Notes: generated by a model from the sequence alone, not told the origin. A stretch of DNA of 64,000 bases from Candidatus Aminicenantes bacterium (GCA_963754085.1 CAVWFA010000009.1:7086-71085); one strand, 5' to 3'; numbered from the stretch's first letter, positions 27,783 through 38,795 are shown. Made by a program: numbers and translations.

Positions 27783-30700
27783 TCACCGCGCCCTCTGACG
27801 GGCAAGCGGCGGGCCGCCCCTCCGGGGCCGTTCCGGGGACCCGGCCGGACCATCCGGCCGGCTCTTCTTGCGGTCGGCGTATTGGCGGACCTGGTAGACG
27901 AAGGCCTCGAGCCGGGTCCGCTCCGAGGCCAGCTCGGACCCGGCGTAGATGAACGTCGGGATGGGGATATTCGAGTAGTCGGTCCGGACGGAGGCCGAAA
28001 GGACCGCGGAGGCCGCGCCGATCATGCAGTTGAAGCAGACGGCGTTGATGACGCCGTCCGCGCCGCGGCGGGCGAAATCGACGATCTTGGCCATATTGAG
28101 GAAGAGGAACCGGTTGGCGTCGATCCCCAGGTAGGGGGTCGTGGACTTGACGATGTCGGAGTAGGCCGGGTCCTTGGCGAAGGGGACGGCCCGGCCCAGG
28201 CGGCGGCGGACCTTGGCTTTCTCCAGTTCCTTGCGCAGGTACAGGAGGGCCAGGACGGACGACTGGCCGTACTTGCGCCCGACGAGCTGGGTCCGCAGGC
28301 CCTTGCCGAGATTGAAATCCACTTCGTCGATGAAGAACGACGGCGGCAGGACCTCGCAGCCGAGCGCTTCCAGCTTGAGGAAGAGGTCGTGATTGGCCGC
28401 CGGATTGATGCGGGTGAAGAGGTCCCCCGCCACGCCGACGACCGGGCGGCGCTCCCGCTTCACGGCGATCGACCTGAGCCTCTCCGCGCAGCGACCGAGG
28501 GCGGGGCCGAGGTCCCGGGCCGCGAGCCCGGCTTCGACGTCCTTGATGTTGGCGGCGTGGGCTTCGTCCGTCGCTCCCTTCCGGACCTCGTAGGGCCGGA
28601 GCGAGCACAGGGCCTGGACGAGGAGGTCGATGGCCACCAGGCCCTGATAGAGGGCGAGTCATGCCTTTGAGGGTCAGGATCCGGTTGAGCTGGTCGCCGA
28701 CCGGGGCGAACACGTCGATATCGGCGATCCCCAAGTCCTCCGCCAGGTAGGCCAGGGCCTTGTCGTACTGGGCCAGAACGCAGGTGTACTTGGAGCCGGG
28801 GAAGAAAAAGACCTCGTTCCCCCGCCGCGCCGACAGGGCCAGCTTGGCGAAGTCTCCGGCGATGATGGAATAGGCATGGCACTCTTTTCCCGAGCTGTGC
28901 TTCTCGCCCAAGGCCACGGTCGCGGCATCGGTCAGGGGCAGGACTTCGGCTTCGACGCCCGCGGCCTTCAAGGCGCCGGAGAAGGCGTAGGCATGGTCGG
29001 CGAAATAGGGCAGGACGAAGCGGCGCGTCCGGAAGGACCCGACGTCCTTCGGACGGAGCGGGGCGGGCGGCGGGGACGGCTCGGTCCGCCGGCCGCCCTG
29101 GCGGGACTCGCGGACCTCGTCCAGGAACGCCTCGATCCTCGTGATCAGCCCGGCCTCGGCCCGGTGCTCGTCGAACTCGAGGACCAGGTGAGGCTTCCCG
29201 GCCAGGATCCGCTCGATGTGCCTCAGATTGAAGGAGTCCAGGCCGCAGCCGAAATTGGTCAGGACGACCGGTTCGATCCCCTCTTGCCCGGCGGTCCACA
29301 GCGCGGCCCGCAGAGCCTGCCGGTTGTATCGCCAGTGCGGGGCCCCGGGCCATTCGAGTCCCTCGATCCCGTCCAGCGGCAGGAAATCGACGGGCAGGGC
29401 GGTGACCCCGAGCTTGGCCAGGTGACGGCCCAGATTGAGGTTCATGAACGGATCGTGGACAGTGTAGGGACGGCCGATGACGGCCCAGACAAGGCCGCCG
29501 TCCTCCCGGGAGCGGGCGATCGCCTCCCGCCCGAGGGCTTGAAGCCGGGCCCGGAAATCCGCTTGAGCCCGGACCGCGGCCTCATAGGCCTCCCCCATCG
29601 CATCATCCGTCTGCTCCAGGACGTCCCGGACCGCAGCCATGGACCTCAGGAAATCCTCCCGCGTGCCGTTGAAGGCCACGAACGGCGCGAGGATGTCCGC
29701 CGAGGTCGCGGCCCGGGCCATGAAGGGGAAGCTCTCCGTGTAGGGACAGTACGATGCGGAATCGCGGGCCTCCTTGCGGAGGTCGAGGACGGCCGGAAAG
29801 AAGATCAGGTCCACGGCCTTGTCCTTGAACCATTCGATGTGGCCGAAGGCGGCCTTGACGGGCACGCAGGTCTCGGCCGCGAGCTTCCGCAGGCCCTTCT
29901 CGAGGATCTCAGGACTGTTCTCCGGCGAGACGACGACCTCGGCCCCCAGCCGGTTGAAGAAGACCGACCAGAAGGGCAGGTCTTCGCAGAGGAGCGAAGC
30001 CCGGGGGAGGCCGATCCGCCGGGACGGCCGCTCCGGATTCCGGATGTAGCTGTCCAAACGTTCAGCGCGCTCTCTGAAGAGGTCGTAGCGCGCTTTCGGG
30101 CCGGAGCGCTTCACGGTTTCTCCTCCGGCCGGCTTGAGGCCCTGGCCGGCCGTGTACCGCTCGCAGGTATCGCCGAAGAAGACCGCGCCGTCTTCGAAGG
30201 AGATCCGGTTGACCTGGCAGCAGTTCGTGCACTCATGGCAGGTAAAGCTCGTGACGGCGTACTCCTGAGCGAGCCGGCGGCCGACGGCGGCCGTGTCTGG
30301 CGAGGTCTTCCCGGCTTCGCGGACCCGCTCGCGGGCCATAAGCGCGGCGCCGATGGCGCCCGAGATCCGGTTGTAGGGATGGACGCGGACCTCCCGGCCC
30401 GTCTCGAGGGCCAGGGCCCTCACGACCGACGGATTGGAGGCGACGCCGCCCTGGAAGACGACCGTTTCGCCGACGGGACGTCCGGCCACGACCTTCTCGA
30501 GATAGTTCCTGGCGATCGAAAAAGCCAGCCCGGCCGAGATGTCGGCCGCCGCGACGCCGCGGCCGAGCGAGTCGGCCAGCTCCGATTCCATGAAGACCGT
30601 GCACCGGCTGCCCAGGTCGGCCGGCGTCGCGGAGCCGGCGGCCAGGCGCGAGAACTCGTCCTCGATCCGGATGCCCAGGATCTCCGCCTGTTCCTCGAGG

Positions 30701-32040
30701 AAGGAGCCCGTCCCGGCGGCGCAGATTTTGTTCATGGCGAAGTCCACGATCTTGCCGCGGCGGGCGCTGATGTACTTGGAATCCTGGCCGCCGATCTCGA
30801 AGACCGTGTCCACGTCCGGGACATAGTGGGCCGCGCTCCGGAGCTGGCAGGTGATCTCGTTGTGGACGACGTCGGCCTGGAGGAGCGCGCCGGCGAGATG
30901 GCGGCCGCTGCCCGTCGTGCCGATGCCGAGGAGATCGAAGCCGCCGGGGCATTTCCGCAGGAGCTCCCGATAGCCTTCTTTCAAGACCTCGAGCGGCCGT
31001 CCCCGGGTCGGAAGGTAGACGCCCGCCCGGACTCGACCCTCCGCGTCGACCAGGACGAGGTTGGTGCTCACTGAGCCGATATCGACTCCGAGCGTGGCCT
31101 CGAGGAACTCCCCGGGCCGGGGCGAGGGTTCCTCGGACTCGCGGACTTCGAGCTCGCCCAACGCCGCGGCCCGGACTTTCGGGCGGAGCTTCCGGGGTTT
31201 AAGGAACCGGAGGAGGTCCCCGGGCTCGCCGATCTCGAGGCCGCCCGGGCCTTTGGCAGCGCCGGCCGCGGCCCCCAGCGCGCCGAGCATGTGGGGCAGC
31301 TCGGCCAGCAGGCACTCCCCTTCGCCGAGACGCAGGACTTCGCGGAAGGCGTTGATCAGGCCTTCGTTCCGGAACCCGCCTCCCGCGAGGAGCACGGGCG
31401 CAAGGGACTCGCGTCCCTTGAGGACGGTGGCCACGAAGTTCCTGGCCAGGGCGAGGCAAAGGCCGTAGGCGATCTCCTCGACGGGCGTGCCCTTCTGCTG
31501 GAGATGGATCATGTCCGTCTTGGCGAAGACGCTGCAGCGGCCGGCGATGGCCGCCCCGCGCTTGGCCGTCGCGGCCAGCCGGGCGAATTCCTCGATCGGC
31601 ATCTTCAAACGGGCGGCCTGCTGCTCGAGGAAGCTCCCCGAACCGGCGGCGCACACGTCGTTGAGGGCGAAATCGAGGATCCCGGGCTCGGCCGAGAGGT
31701 CCCCCGCCCGGTCGAACAGCACCCAGCGGGACGTTTGGGCGCCGATCTCGATGACGGACCGGGTCTCGGGATACGCATGAGCTGCGCCGAGAGCCAGCGA
31801 GACGACTTCGTTCGGCTGAAAGACCTCCGGAGGGGCTTCGACGATCTCCCTCCCGGCCCCCGTGATGCCGAGCGCCCGGATCCTGCGGCCGGACACCTCG
31901 AAGATATCCCCCACGACGGCCCGGAACGCGTCCGCGGAGCGGCCGCGGTTCGGGCGCTCCCAGGATCCCAGGAGAGCGAGAGCTTCGTCGAGCAGGACGG
32001 CTTTGACCGCCGACGAGCCGATATCGATGCCGAGGAACAT
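27783..32040 (-). CDS. PlsA/PlsR(Ger)-type fusion: two BcrAD/BadFG (HgdC-like) ATPase domains plus a 2-hydroxyacyl-CoA-dehydratase-like (DUF2229/HgdB-like) region; one frameshift
   Basis: Motifs seen: MFLGIDIGSSAVKAVLL and TLGVDIGSVSTNLVLV (two actin-fold ATPase starts), CAAGSGSFLEQQA and CAAGTGSFLEEQA (activase cluster-bridging Cys motif), Cys cluster TSFTCHECTNCCQV, and a C-terminal DGVINAVCFNCMIGAAS. The frame changes near 28655-28662 (LTLKGMT|LALYQGLVAIDLLVQAL), joining ORFs 27778..32040 and 27783..28637 into ~1419 aa. Confidence 0.75.
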
Positions 32041-32792
32041 CAGAAGAACACGTGCAGGATCGCGTTCAGGGCGTAGGTGTTCGTGACCGAGGTCTTCGTG
32101 TCGTTTTGATAGGTGAGGTTCGTCTCGATCGCGAAGAACGTTTTCCAGGCCACCGTGGCCCCTCCGATCAACCGGACGCGGTTGACGGTGTCGTAGCGGG
32201 TGTCATAATAGGGCTCGACGTTCAGATAGGGGACGATCGACACGCGCCCGGCCAGGAACTCCCTCTCGATCATCAGGCGATAGCGGAAGCGGGCGGAGAA
32301 ATCACGGTCGACGCCCAGCCAGCGGAGATCGGTCCGCAGCCGATGGGACACGAGGACCTTGCCCTTCAGCGGGGTCCTCATGTGCAGCTCGACCAGGGCC
32401 GTGTCCTCGCTGTACGCCTCGCCCTGGTCGTCGAGGCTCTTCCCTCCGAGATACCCGGCGCGAAAGAGGAAGCGGCGCATGTCCCTGGCCCGGTCCTCGT
32501 CCATCATCCGTCTCTTGAGCACGTTCTTGAACTTCCCGAAAGCGACATCCGCCTGCAGGATCAGGCTTCCTTCGCGGTACTTGGTGTCGACGTTCTGGGA
32601 TAGGGCTATGAACGACGAAAGGCGCCAGGCCGGGCTAAGGCGCAACCAGATGTCCGTCTCGGGCCAGAATTCCGTCGACGAGGTCGAGGCCTCCTGGGCG
32701 AAGGCGGCTCCGGCCGCTCCGGTCCAGGCCATGAGGGCTAGGCAAACGAGGCGGAGCAGGCCTCTCACGGTCGATCTTCGGTCATTCCTCAT
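32040..32792 (-). CDS. outer-membrane beta-barrel protein, DUF2490-like
   Basis: Signal peptide LLRLVCLALMAWTGAAGAAFA and terminal ...AILHVFF. The stop overlaps the downstream ATG (TGATG). The start is set at the Met at 32792 because the predicted -10 box lies downstream of the ORF-track start. Confidence 0.55.
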   Translation of the reverse strand: MRNDRRSTVRGLLRLVCLALMAWTGAAGAAFAQEASTSSTEFWPETDIWLRLSPAWRLSSFIALSQNVDTKYREGSLILQADVAFGKFKNVLKRRMMDEDRARDMRRFLFRAGYLGGKSLDDQGEAYSEDTALVELHMRTPLKGKVLVSHRLRTDLRWLGVDRDFSARFRYRLMIEREFLAGRVSIVPYLNVEPYYDTRYDTVNRVRLIGGATVAWKTFFAIETNLTYQNDTKTSVTNTYALNAILHVFF

Positions 32793-32812
32793 CGCTCGGA
32801 TCACTCCCCCGT

Positions 32813-32857
32813 CATTTATCAAAAGTGCCGGCCGGGGTCAATAGTACCATGGCCTCT
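32813..32857 (-). promoter_or_regulatory. candidate sigma70-type promoter with a diverged copy of the upstream 16-mer (copy f)
   Basis: Minus strand reads AGAGGCCATGGTACTA-TTGACC-17 nt-TAAATG. Confidence 0.45.
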
Positions 32858-32889
32858 GAAGGGATCGTCCGGGCGAGGGCCGGCCCCGG

Positions 32890-33948
32890 TCATTGCAGCG
32901 ACCAGCTGATCCCGAAGGTCAAGCTGTAATCGTTCTTGGTCGTCGTCTCCCCGCCCGGCTTGCTGTCGTACGAGTCGAGGAACCCGAGCGAGACATAGAA
33001 CCGGCGGAAGACCTCGTAGCGGATCGACGTCTGGAACTTGAGACGGACCCGACCTTTCTCGGTCAGGCTCGGGTAGGCAAAGAAGCTGGAGGTGATGCTC
33101 ATGTTTGGGAACCAATACCGGAAGGCGTCGAAGCTCGCCCCCAGCACGGCTTCCATGTTCGTCTGGGACTCCGTCGCGTCGATGTAGTTCTCCCGGGTCA
33201 CGTCGATGGCCGCCACCGCGCTCAGGCTGTTGCGGTTGGTCCGGATGAAGTACCTCCCGATGCCCCCGCCGGCCAGCACCCGCAGGGCCAGGTTCAGCTC
33301 GGTGTTCTGCTCGAGCTGAACGAAAGCCGCCGCAGTCCACCGCTTCTTGAAAAGCCTCATGACGTCGAACGCCAGGAGGTTCTTCTTGATGTCCTGGACG
33401 TTCTCCTGGCTGGTGAAATAGGAGCTGGCGTCGCTCTTGACCTCCCATTTCTGAGACAGGTAGCTGAGGTTGGCGGCCAGGTTCAGCTGGGTGTACTTCT
33501 GGGCCTTTTGCAGGGAGAACCCGAGATCCAGGTAGCCTTGGAACCGCTGGACCGGGCGTTTCCCGAACCGGACGATGCCGACGATGTCGACGAGCTTGAG
33601 GGTGACCGGACCGGAATCCGTGAGGACCATGACCTCGCCGTCCTCGGGGGTCTCGTGGAGGGCACCGGTGTAGCGCAGGCCGTTCTTGTCCTCGAGGATG
33701 AACGGCCACTGGCTGGAGATCCGCTTGATCCGTTCCCACTCGACGGACAGGGTCCCCATGTCGTCCGTTTTGTACGTGAGGAGGCCGTCTTTAAGGTTCC
33801 GGATCTCGCCCGTGACCCGGTCGCTGTTCGCGAGGACGATGATGTCGGTCTTTTCGGCGGCGGCGGCCTGCGGCCCGAGCGCGAAAAGAAAAGCAGCGAG
33901 GAGCAGGGCGGAGGGCCCCCACTCGGATCGGCTGCTGCAGGCTGTCAT
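32890..33948 (-). CDS. outer-membrane protein, DUF481 (YdiY-like) family
   Basis: Signal peptide, then an N-terminal DRVTGEIRNLKDGLLTYKTDDMGTLSVEWERIKRISS repeat typical of DUF481. Barrel region and terminal FGISWSLQ. Confidence 0.65.
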   Translation of the reverse strand: MTACSSRSEWGPSALLLAAFLFALGPQAAAAEKTDIIVLANSDRVTGEIRNLKDGLLTYKTDDMGTLSVEWERIKRISSQWPFILEDKNGLRYTGALHETPEDGEVMVLTDSGPVTLKLVDIVGIVRFGKRPVQRFQGYLDLGFSLQKAQKYTQLNLAANLSYLSQKWEVKSDASSYFTSQENVQDIKKNLLAFDVMRLFKKRWTAAAFVQLEQNTELNLALRVLAGGGIGRYFIRTNRNSLSAVAAIDVTRENYIDATESQTNMEAVLGASFDAFRYWFPNMSITSSFFAYPSLTEKGRVRLKFQTSIRYEVFRRFYVSLGFLDSYDSKPGGETTTKNDYSLTFGISWSLQ

Positions 33949-34019
33949 GGCGCCATATTACCATAGGGGGCGGAGGCGGTAAATCGGGCCGGCCGGCCCC
34001 AGGAGGGCTCGACGGGGCG

Positions 34020-34421
34020 TCACAGCGACGCGTTGATATCCGGCGAGACATAGGTGCCGCCCTGGCTCACTTCGCGGATGGCCGGGATCAGATCGATCAC
34101 CGCTCTTCGCTTCAAGACGAATCCTTCGACTCCGGACGCCATCACCTCGTCGACCACGGACCGTTCGTCGTGAAGGCTCAGGATGATGACCTTGATCTTG
34201 GGATAGCCCTTCTTGATCTCGCGGCCGATGTTCGTTTTCGCGGAGATGGGGAAGGAGAGGTCCGCCAAAACCAGATCGGGGGAGAAATTCTCCAGGACAT
34301 GAAAGAGGGAGATCTCGTCGCCGACCATCAGGACCGATTCGACCTCGTCTTCCAGAAGGCGACGGATCCCGCACAGCGCCGTTGGATTCTTATCGACAAG
34401 TATGATCCGCCCTTGTCCCAT
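34020..34421 (-). CDS. receiver-only response regulator of NarL type (no HTH)
   Basis: ILVDKNPT...DLVLADLSFP...KVIILSLHDE...GFVLKRRAVIDLIPAIREVSQGGTYVSP. The protein ends where NarL/LuxR regulators continue into the HTH. Confidence 0.8.
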   Translation of the reverse strand: MGQGRIILVDKNPTALCGIRRLLEDEVESVLMVGDEISLFHVLENFSPDLVLADLSFPISAKTNIGREIKKGYPKIKVIILSLHDERSVVDEVMASGVEGFVLKRRAVIDLIPAIREVSQGGTYVSPDINASL

Positions 34422-34510
34422 GGCCGGTCCTTTCCGGGCGCGTACGATCGCCCTGGCGTATGGTGCGTCAGGGCGGGGAACGACACAACTGGGAAAACTA
34501 CCTGCGGAGG

Positions 34511-34540
34511 AGAAAAAAAGCCCCTATTCTCGAAAGAGGC
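34511..34540 (-). terminator. rho-independent terminator after the NarL-type regulator
   Basis: Minus strand reads GCCTCT-ttcgagaat-AGGGGC followed by TTTTTTT. Confidence 0.65.
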
Positions 34541-34556
34541 CGCGGAATCCGCAGGG

Positions 34557-35198
34557 TCACAAGGAGATGATGCCGTGTCTTACGGCGTACTGGACCAGCT
34601 CGGCGCTGGTCTTGATATTGAGCTTTTCCATCATCCGGTACTTGTGGAATTCCACGGTCCGCGGCGATATATTCAGGATGGACGCGATCTCCTTGCCGGA
34701 CCGCCCTTCGGCCAGGAGCTGGAGGATCTCCCGCTCCCGGGGGCTCGTTTTCCGGAGAAGCTCCTTTTCCGGCGAGCCTCCCTCCCGATAAGTGCGGAGA
34801 AGGTCTCCTGCGACCAGGGGGGTGATATAGGTCCGTCCCTTCATCGCCTCATGGATCGCGGTGACGAGCTCGGAGGGCGCCGCGTGTTTCAGGACGAAGC
34901 CCGAAGCACCGGCCTCGAACGCGTCCGCCGCATAGGTCGCGTCCGGGTGCATGGTCAGGAACACGATCTTGACCCGCTTGTTCGCTTTTTTGATCTGCCG
35001 GGCCGCTTCGATGCCGTTGAGCTGGGGCATCGAGATGTCGGCCACGATCACGTCGGGACGGAGCTTGGCGGCCTGCTCGACGAGGACCCGCCCGTTCTCC
35101 GCGGTCCCGACGACCTCGAACTCGTCCCCCAGGAGCCCTTTCAGGCCCTCGAGCACGATGCGGTGATCATCGGCCAGCAGGACGCTCGTCTTACGCAT
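34557..35198 (-). CDS. NarL/LuxR-family response regulator (REC + HTH_LuxR)
   Basis: VLLADDHRIVLEGLK...DVIVADISMPQLNG...VKIVFLTMH, and a C-terminal SPREREILQLLAEGRSGKEIASILNISPRTVEFHKYRMMEKL. Confidence 0.9.
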   Translation of the reverse strand: MRKTSVLLADDHRIVLEGLKGLLGDEFEVVGTAENGRVLVEQAAKLRPDVIVADISMPQLNGIEAARQIKKANKRVKIVFLTMHPDATYAADAFEAGASGFVLKHAAPSELVTAIHEAMKGRTYITPLVAGDLLRTYREGGSPEKELLRKTSPREREILQLLAEGRSGKEIASILNISPRTVEFHKYRMMEKLNIKTSAELVQYAVRHGIISL

Positions 35199-37005
35199 TC
35201 TCCCTCCCCGCCAACGGCGCCCTCAGGGTGATCACCGTTCCCCGTTCGGGCCCGGACTGAATGGCCAGGTCGCCGTGGATCAGCCGGGCCCGTTCGCGCA
35301 TGCTCAGGAATCCCAGCCCCGGCCGGTCCCGGGCCTCCGCCCCGTCGAATCCGATGCCGTCATCCTCGATGGACAGGAGAACGTCGCGATCCAGGCCCCT
35401 CAGGGAAACGGACGCATGCTCCGCGCAGGCGTGTTTGGAGATGTTCCGCAACCCCTCCTGGACGATCCGGTAAAGATGAAGCGACACGTCTTGCGGGATG
35501 ACCCGGGGCATGTTCTCGTGGCGGAAGACGACCTCGAGGCCTTCCCGCTTCGAGACGCCGGCGCATTCCGATTCGACCGCCTTGATCAGCCCCAGATCGT
35601 CCAGGATCGAGGGGTGAAGCTGGCGCGACAGGCTATGGACATCCTGGGAGAGGCCGACGATCCCCTTCTTGATCTCTCGCAGTTCCTCTTTGACGGGACC
35701 CGCCGGATCCACCCACCGTTTCTCGAGCGCGCCGACCTCGATGGCCAGAACCGCCAGGCGCTGCGCCAGATCGTCATGAAGCTCCCGGGCGATGCGGCTC
35801 CGCTCTTCCTCGTGAGCGTCGATCAGCCGTCCGGCGAGCCGCCGGAGATCGTGCTCATTCTGTCTCAGGATCCTCTCGCTTTCCCGTGAGGCCTCCTCGG
35901 CTCCCTTCCGGGCCATGGCATTGACCAGGATATCCCCCAGCAAGCGCAGCCGCGGGATGAATCCGTTCGGCCAGGTCCGCTCCCTCCGGGTCGCCACGAG
36001 GGCACAGGATCCCTGCGTCATCCCGCCGCTCACCAGCGGGATCGAAAGAAACGATTTCATGCCCAGGCCCCGGCAAACCCGGCGCTCGCACTCCGCTTCG
36101 GGCGGCAGATCCTCCAGGCGGTTCACGACCACCGGTTTCCCCTGGATCAATTGCTCCAGATACCAAGGCATTTGGTCCTTGGATATGGATCCCGGGCCGG
36201 GGCCGGTCCCTGCGGCATGATGGTCAAAAGCGAGCGTCAGTCGGGTCCTATCCTCGGAGAACAATCCGATGCTGCACCGGTCTGCGTCGAAGAACTCGGC
36301 CATGCTGCGGATCCCTTTTTGGATCTCGCGGCCGATCTGGTCGAACGCTACGTACACGAAGCCGGCCGAAAGATCGGAGATCAGCTTCTCGAATCTGAGA
36401 CGTTCCTGGATCTCGAGCCGGGCCTGCTTACGCTCCAGCGCGTTGCTGAACACCTGGGCGATCAGCTGGAAGCCTTTCAGGACCGACTCCGGCCAGGCCC
36501 TCTCTTCCCGGATGACGGCGAATGACATCCCGCCAAAGACCGGCCCGCCTCCCACCGAAAAGGGAAACACCACCGTGGACTTGGTTCCGAAGAGGGTGTA
36601 GCTTTCCCGATCGCGGCCGGCTTCCTGCGGGAGCTCGGAGAGCTTCTGGACCGCGACCATCTGCCCGGACATGATCCTCTTTTCCGTCCACGGGAAGAGA
36701 TCGCTCGCATCGACCCCCTTGGGAACTGGCGGACCTCCGCCTGGCTGATTAAGATGTTTCAGGCGCAGCGTCCTGGGTTCCAGGTCGGAAAGGAGCCAGA
36801 GGGCGGAGCGATCGAGATCCAGGAATTCGCACACTTGGCGCTGGGCGTCGACGATTTCGGATTCGATCCGGTCCGGCGGCAGGTGGACGAAGCGCGCCGA
36901 TGTTTCGGCCAGGAACGTCTCGAATCGGAGCCGTTCCTCCAATTCGGCCCGCAGGGCGTCGAGGGACTCTGGGGCCATTTCCGGATCGGTAGGGACCCTC
37001 TTCAT
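35191..37005 (-). CDS. sensor histidine kinase, GAF-GAF-HisKA_3-HATPase (NarX/DegS type)
   Basis: HEEERSRIARELHDDLAQRLA (HisKA_3 H-box), LYRIVQEGLRNISKHA, DDGIGF. The N-terminal [27 protein letters not shown] is the same GAF signature as the other two sensors. An 8-nt overlap with the regulator gene. Confidence 0.85.
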   Translation of the reverse strand: MKRVPTDPEMAPESLDALRAELEERLRFETFLAETSARFVHLPPDRIESEIVDAQRQVCEFLDLDRSALWLLSDLEPRTLRLKHLNQPGGGPPVPKGVDASDLFPWTEKRIMSGQMVAVQKLSELPQEAGRDRESYTLFGTKSTVVFPFSVGGGPVFGGMSFAVIREERAWPESVLKGFQLIAQVFSNALERKQARLEIQERLRFEKLISDLSAGFVYVAFDQIGREIQKGIRSMAEFFDADRCSIGLFSEDRTRLTLAFDHHAAGTGPGPGSISKDQMPWYLEQLIQGKPVVVNRLEDLPPEAECERRVCRGLGMKSFLSIPLVSGGMTQGSCALVATRRERTWPNGFIPRLRLLGDILVNAMARKGAEEASRESERILRQNEHDLRRLAGRLIDAHEEERSRIARELHDDLAQRLAVLAIEVGALEKRWVDPAGPVKEELREIKKGIVGLSQDVHSLSRQLHPSILDDLGLIKAVESECAGVSKREGLEVVFRHENMPRVIPQDVSLHLYRIVQEGLRNISKHACAEHASVSLRGLDRDVLLSIEDDGIGFDGAEARDRPGLGFLSMRERARLIHGDLAIQSGPERGTVITLRAPLAGRENA

Positions 37006-37091
37006 GCCGGGCCCATCATATCAAAGGAACGGGAAGTGAGTAAATGGACTTCGGCCGGGGGGCGGGGCGGGCGGTCGGCGCCCGGGTGCGC

Positions 37092-37137
37092 TTGGGACCA
37101 AGGTCCCATTGACGGGCGGGCCGGGGGCGTTTAGTCT
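37092..37137 (+). promoter_or_regulatory. candidate sigma70-type promoter with the perfect-palindrome copy of the upstream 16-mer (copy e)
   Basis: TTGGGACCAAGGTCCCA-TTGACG-17 nt-TAGTCT. TGGGACC-AA-GGTCCCA is a perfect inverted repeat. This implies a ~175-nt 5' UTR. Confidence 0.55.
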
Positions 37138-37320
37138 GCCGATAGGGGCAGGGGAAAGACCGATCGCTTCAGGCGGCAGGGAGATTTTCTCTCTGCAATC
37201 AGGTAGTTTCCCGAGTTGTCGGGTTTCCCGGCCTCCCGTTAAAATGATGTACGGTTCATTATTGGGCTATCGAGAGGCCAGCCCTCGGGTTCGAAGGCCT
37301 GGAGCGAAAGGAGTTTGCTC

Positions 37321-38772
37321 ATGGGATCGATGATCATCTGTTCCGTGTTGTGTCTGGCCCAGTTCCTCGCCCCGGCAGCCTCGCCCGGCCCTCGGACACC
37401 CGGCGCATCTATGGCGATCGTTTCGGAGATCGGAGCGCTGCCCCACGGACCGGCGGATGCCCCGTCTGCCCCGAACGTCGCCGCGCCTCAGGAGGAGCCG
37501 TCTTCCGTGCAGGCCGAGTCCGGGCAGAAGGCGGCGGATACGGCTCCGAAGAAGGACGGGCCCACCCCGACTCTGGAGATCTGGGGAGAGTTCATGCCCG
37601 GCAACGGTTTTCTCGTTGCCAGAACCAGCTTCGGAGAGCTGGACATCAGCGGCTACGCGCTGGTGCGTTACATCAACCAGATGCCCGGTCAACAGACGTT
37701 CACCGACCACCTCGGCAACGAGCACGCAGGTCGACGGGCGGAATGACATCTTCCCCCACCGGGCGATGATCTTTCTCAAGGGGTGGCTCGGCACTCCCAA
37801 GCTGGTCTACAACATCCTCCTCTGGACGGTGAATACGACCGACCAGAAAGGGATCTTCCCGACCATCGGCTACCAGTTCAGCCGGAAATTCAGCCTGTAC
37901 GCGGGCATCAACGGCATTCCCGGCACCCGTTCGATCATGGGCTCGCACCCCTTCTGGCTCGGCACCGACCGGGTCATGACCGACGAGTTCTTCCGCCCCT
38001 TCTTCACCTATTCCGTCTGGGCCCAGGGCGAGGCTCTGCCGGGCTTCTGGTACAACGTCGTGCGTCGGCAACAACAACAGCGCCCTCGGCGTCAAGGCCG
38101 CGGACCTGGACCGCAAGTTCTCGTACGGCGCCTCCGTCTGGTGGATGCCGACGACGCACGAGTTCGGCCCGCGCGGGGGCTACGGCGATTGGGAGTGGCA
38201 CGACAAGCTGGCCACGCGGTTCGGCGTGGGTTATGCGATGAGCCCGGAGAACCGCCAGACCAGCGCCACCACGGGCCCCTCGAACAACACCACCTCTGAG
38301 ACTGGCGGACAGCCTCAACCTGTTCGACACCGACTCCCTGGCGACGGGGGTCACGGTCCAGTCGGCCGACTATCAGGTTGTCTCGGTCGACGCCGGGATC
38401 AAGCTCCGGGGGATCTTCCTCCAGGCCGAGCTCTACAACCGCTGGCTCGACAAATTCGTGGCGGACGGGCCGCTGCCGGTGACCCAGATCCACGATCTGG
38501 GCTTCTACGTCCAGGCGGCCTTCTTCCCGATCCCGAAAAAGCTCGAGCTCTACGCCGCGACCTCGCAGGTCTACGGCGACAAGGCCGCGGGATTCAGCAA
38601 CAGCAACGAATACCTGGCCGGCGCCAACTACTATCCCTTTGATTCGCGCAATTACCGCGTCAACCTCCAGGTCATCGACGTGAACCGTTCGCCGGTCAGC
38701 AGCACCTTCGGCTACTACGTCGGCGGCCAGAAGGGGACGACGGTCTCCATGGCGGCGTCGGTCTTCTTTTAA
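37321..38772 (+). pseudogene. outer-membrane porin (OprO/P-like or related), three frameshifts
   Basis: Signal peptide MGSMIICSVLCLAQFLAPAAS. The coding signal hops frames near 37725, 38064 and 38295. It ends ...VGGQKGTTVSMAASVFF (terminal aromatic). RBS AAAGGAG. Confidence 0.6.
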
Positions 38773-38795
38773 AGGAAAGGATCGGGAGGCCTATC

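Noticed and set aside
33949-34019. A leaderless transcript for the DUF481 gene (TTTACC-17-TAATAT ending 6 nt before the ATG).
   Set aside because: The -35 box is weak and the hexamers are a single uncorroborated match. This is not enough to claim leaderless translation.
37138-37320. A glutamine or other nitrogen riboswitch in the leader of the porin-glutaminase operon.
   Set aside because: I could not find the conserved glnA-RNA core sequences. Only generic GC hairpins are present.
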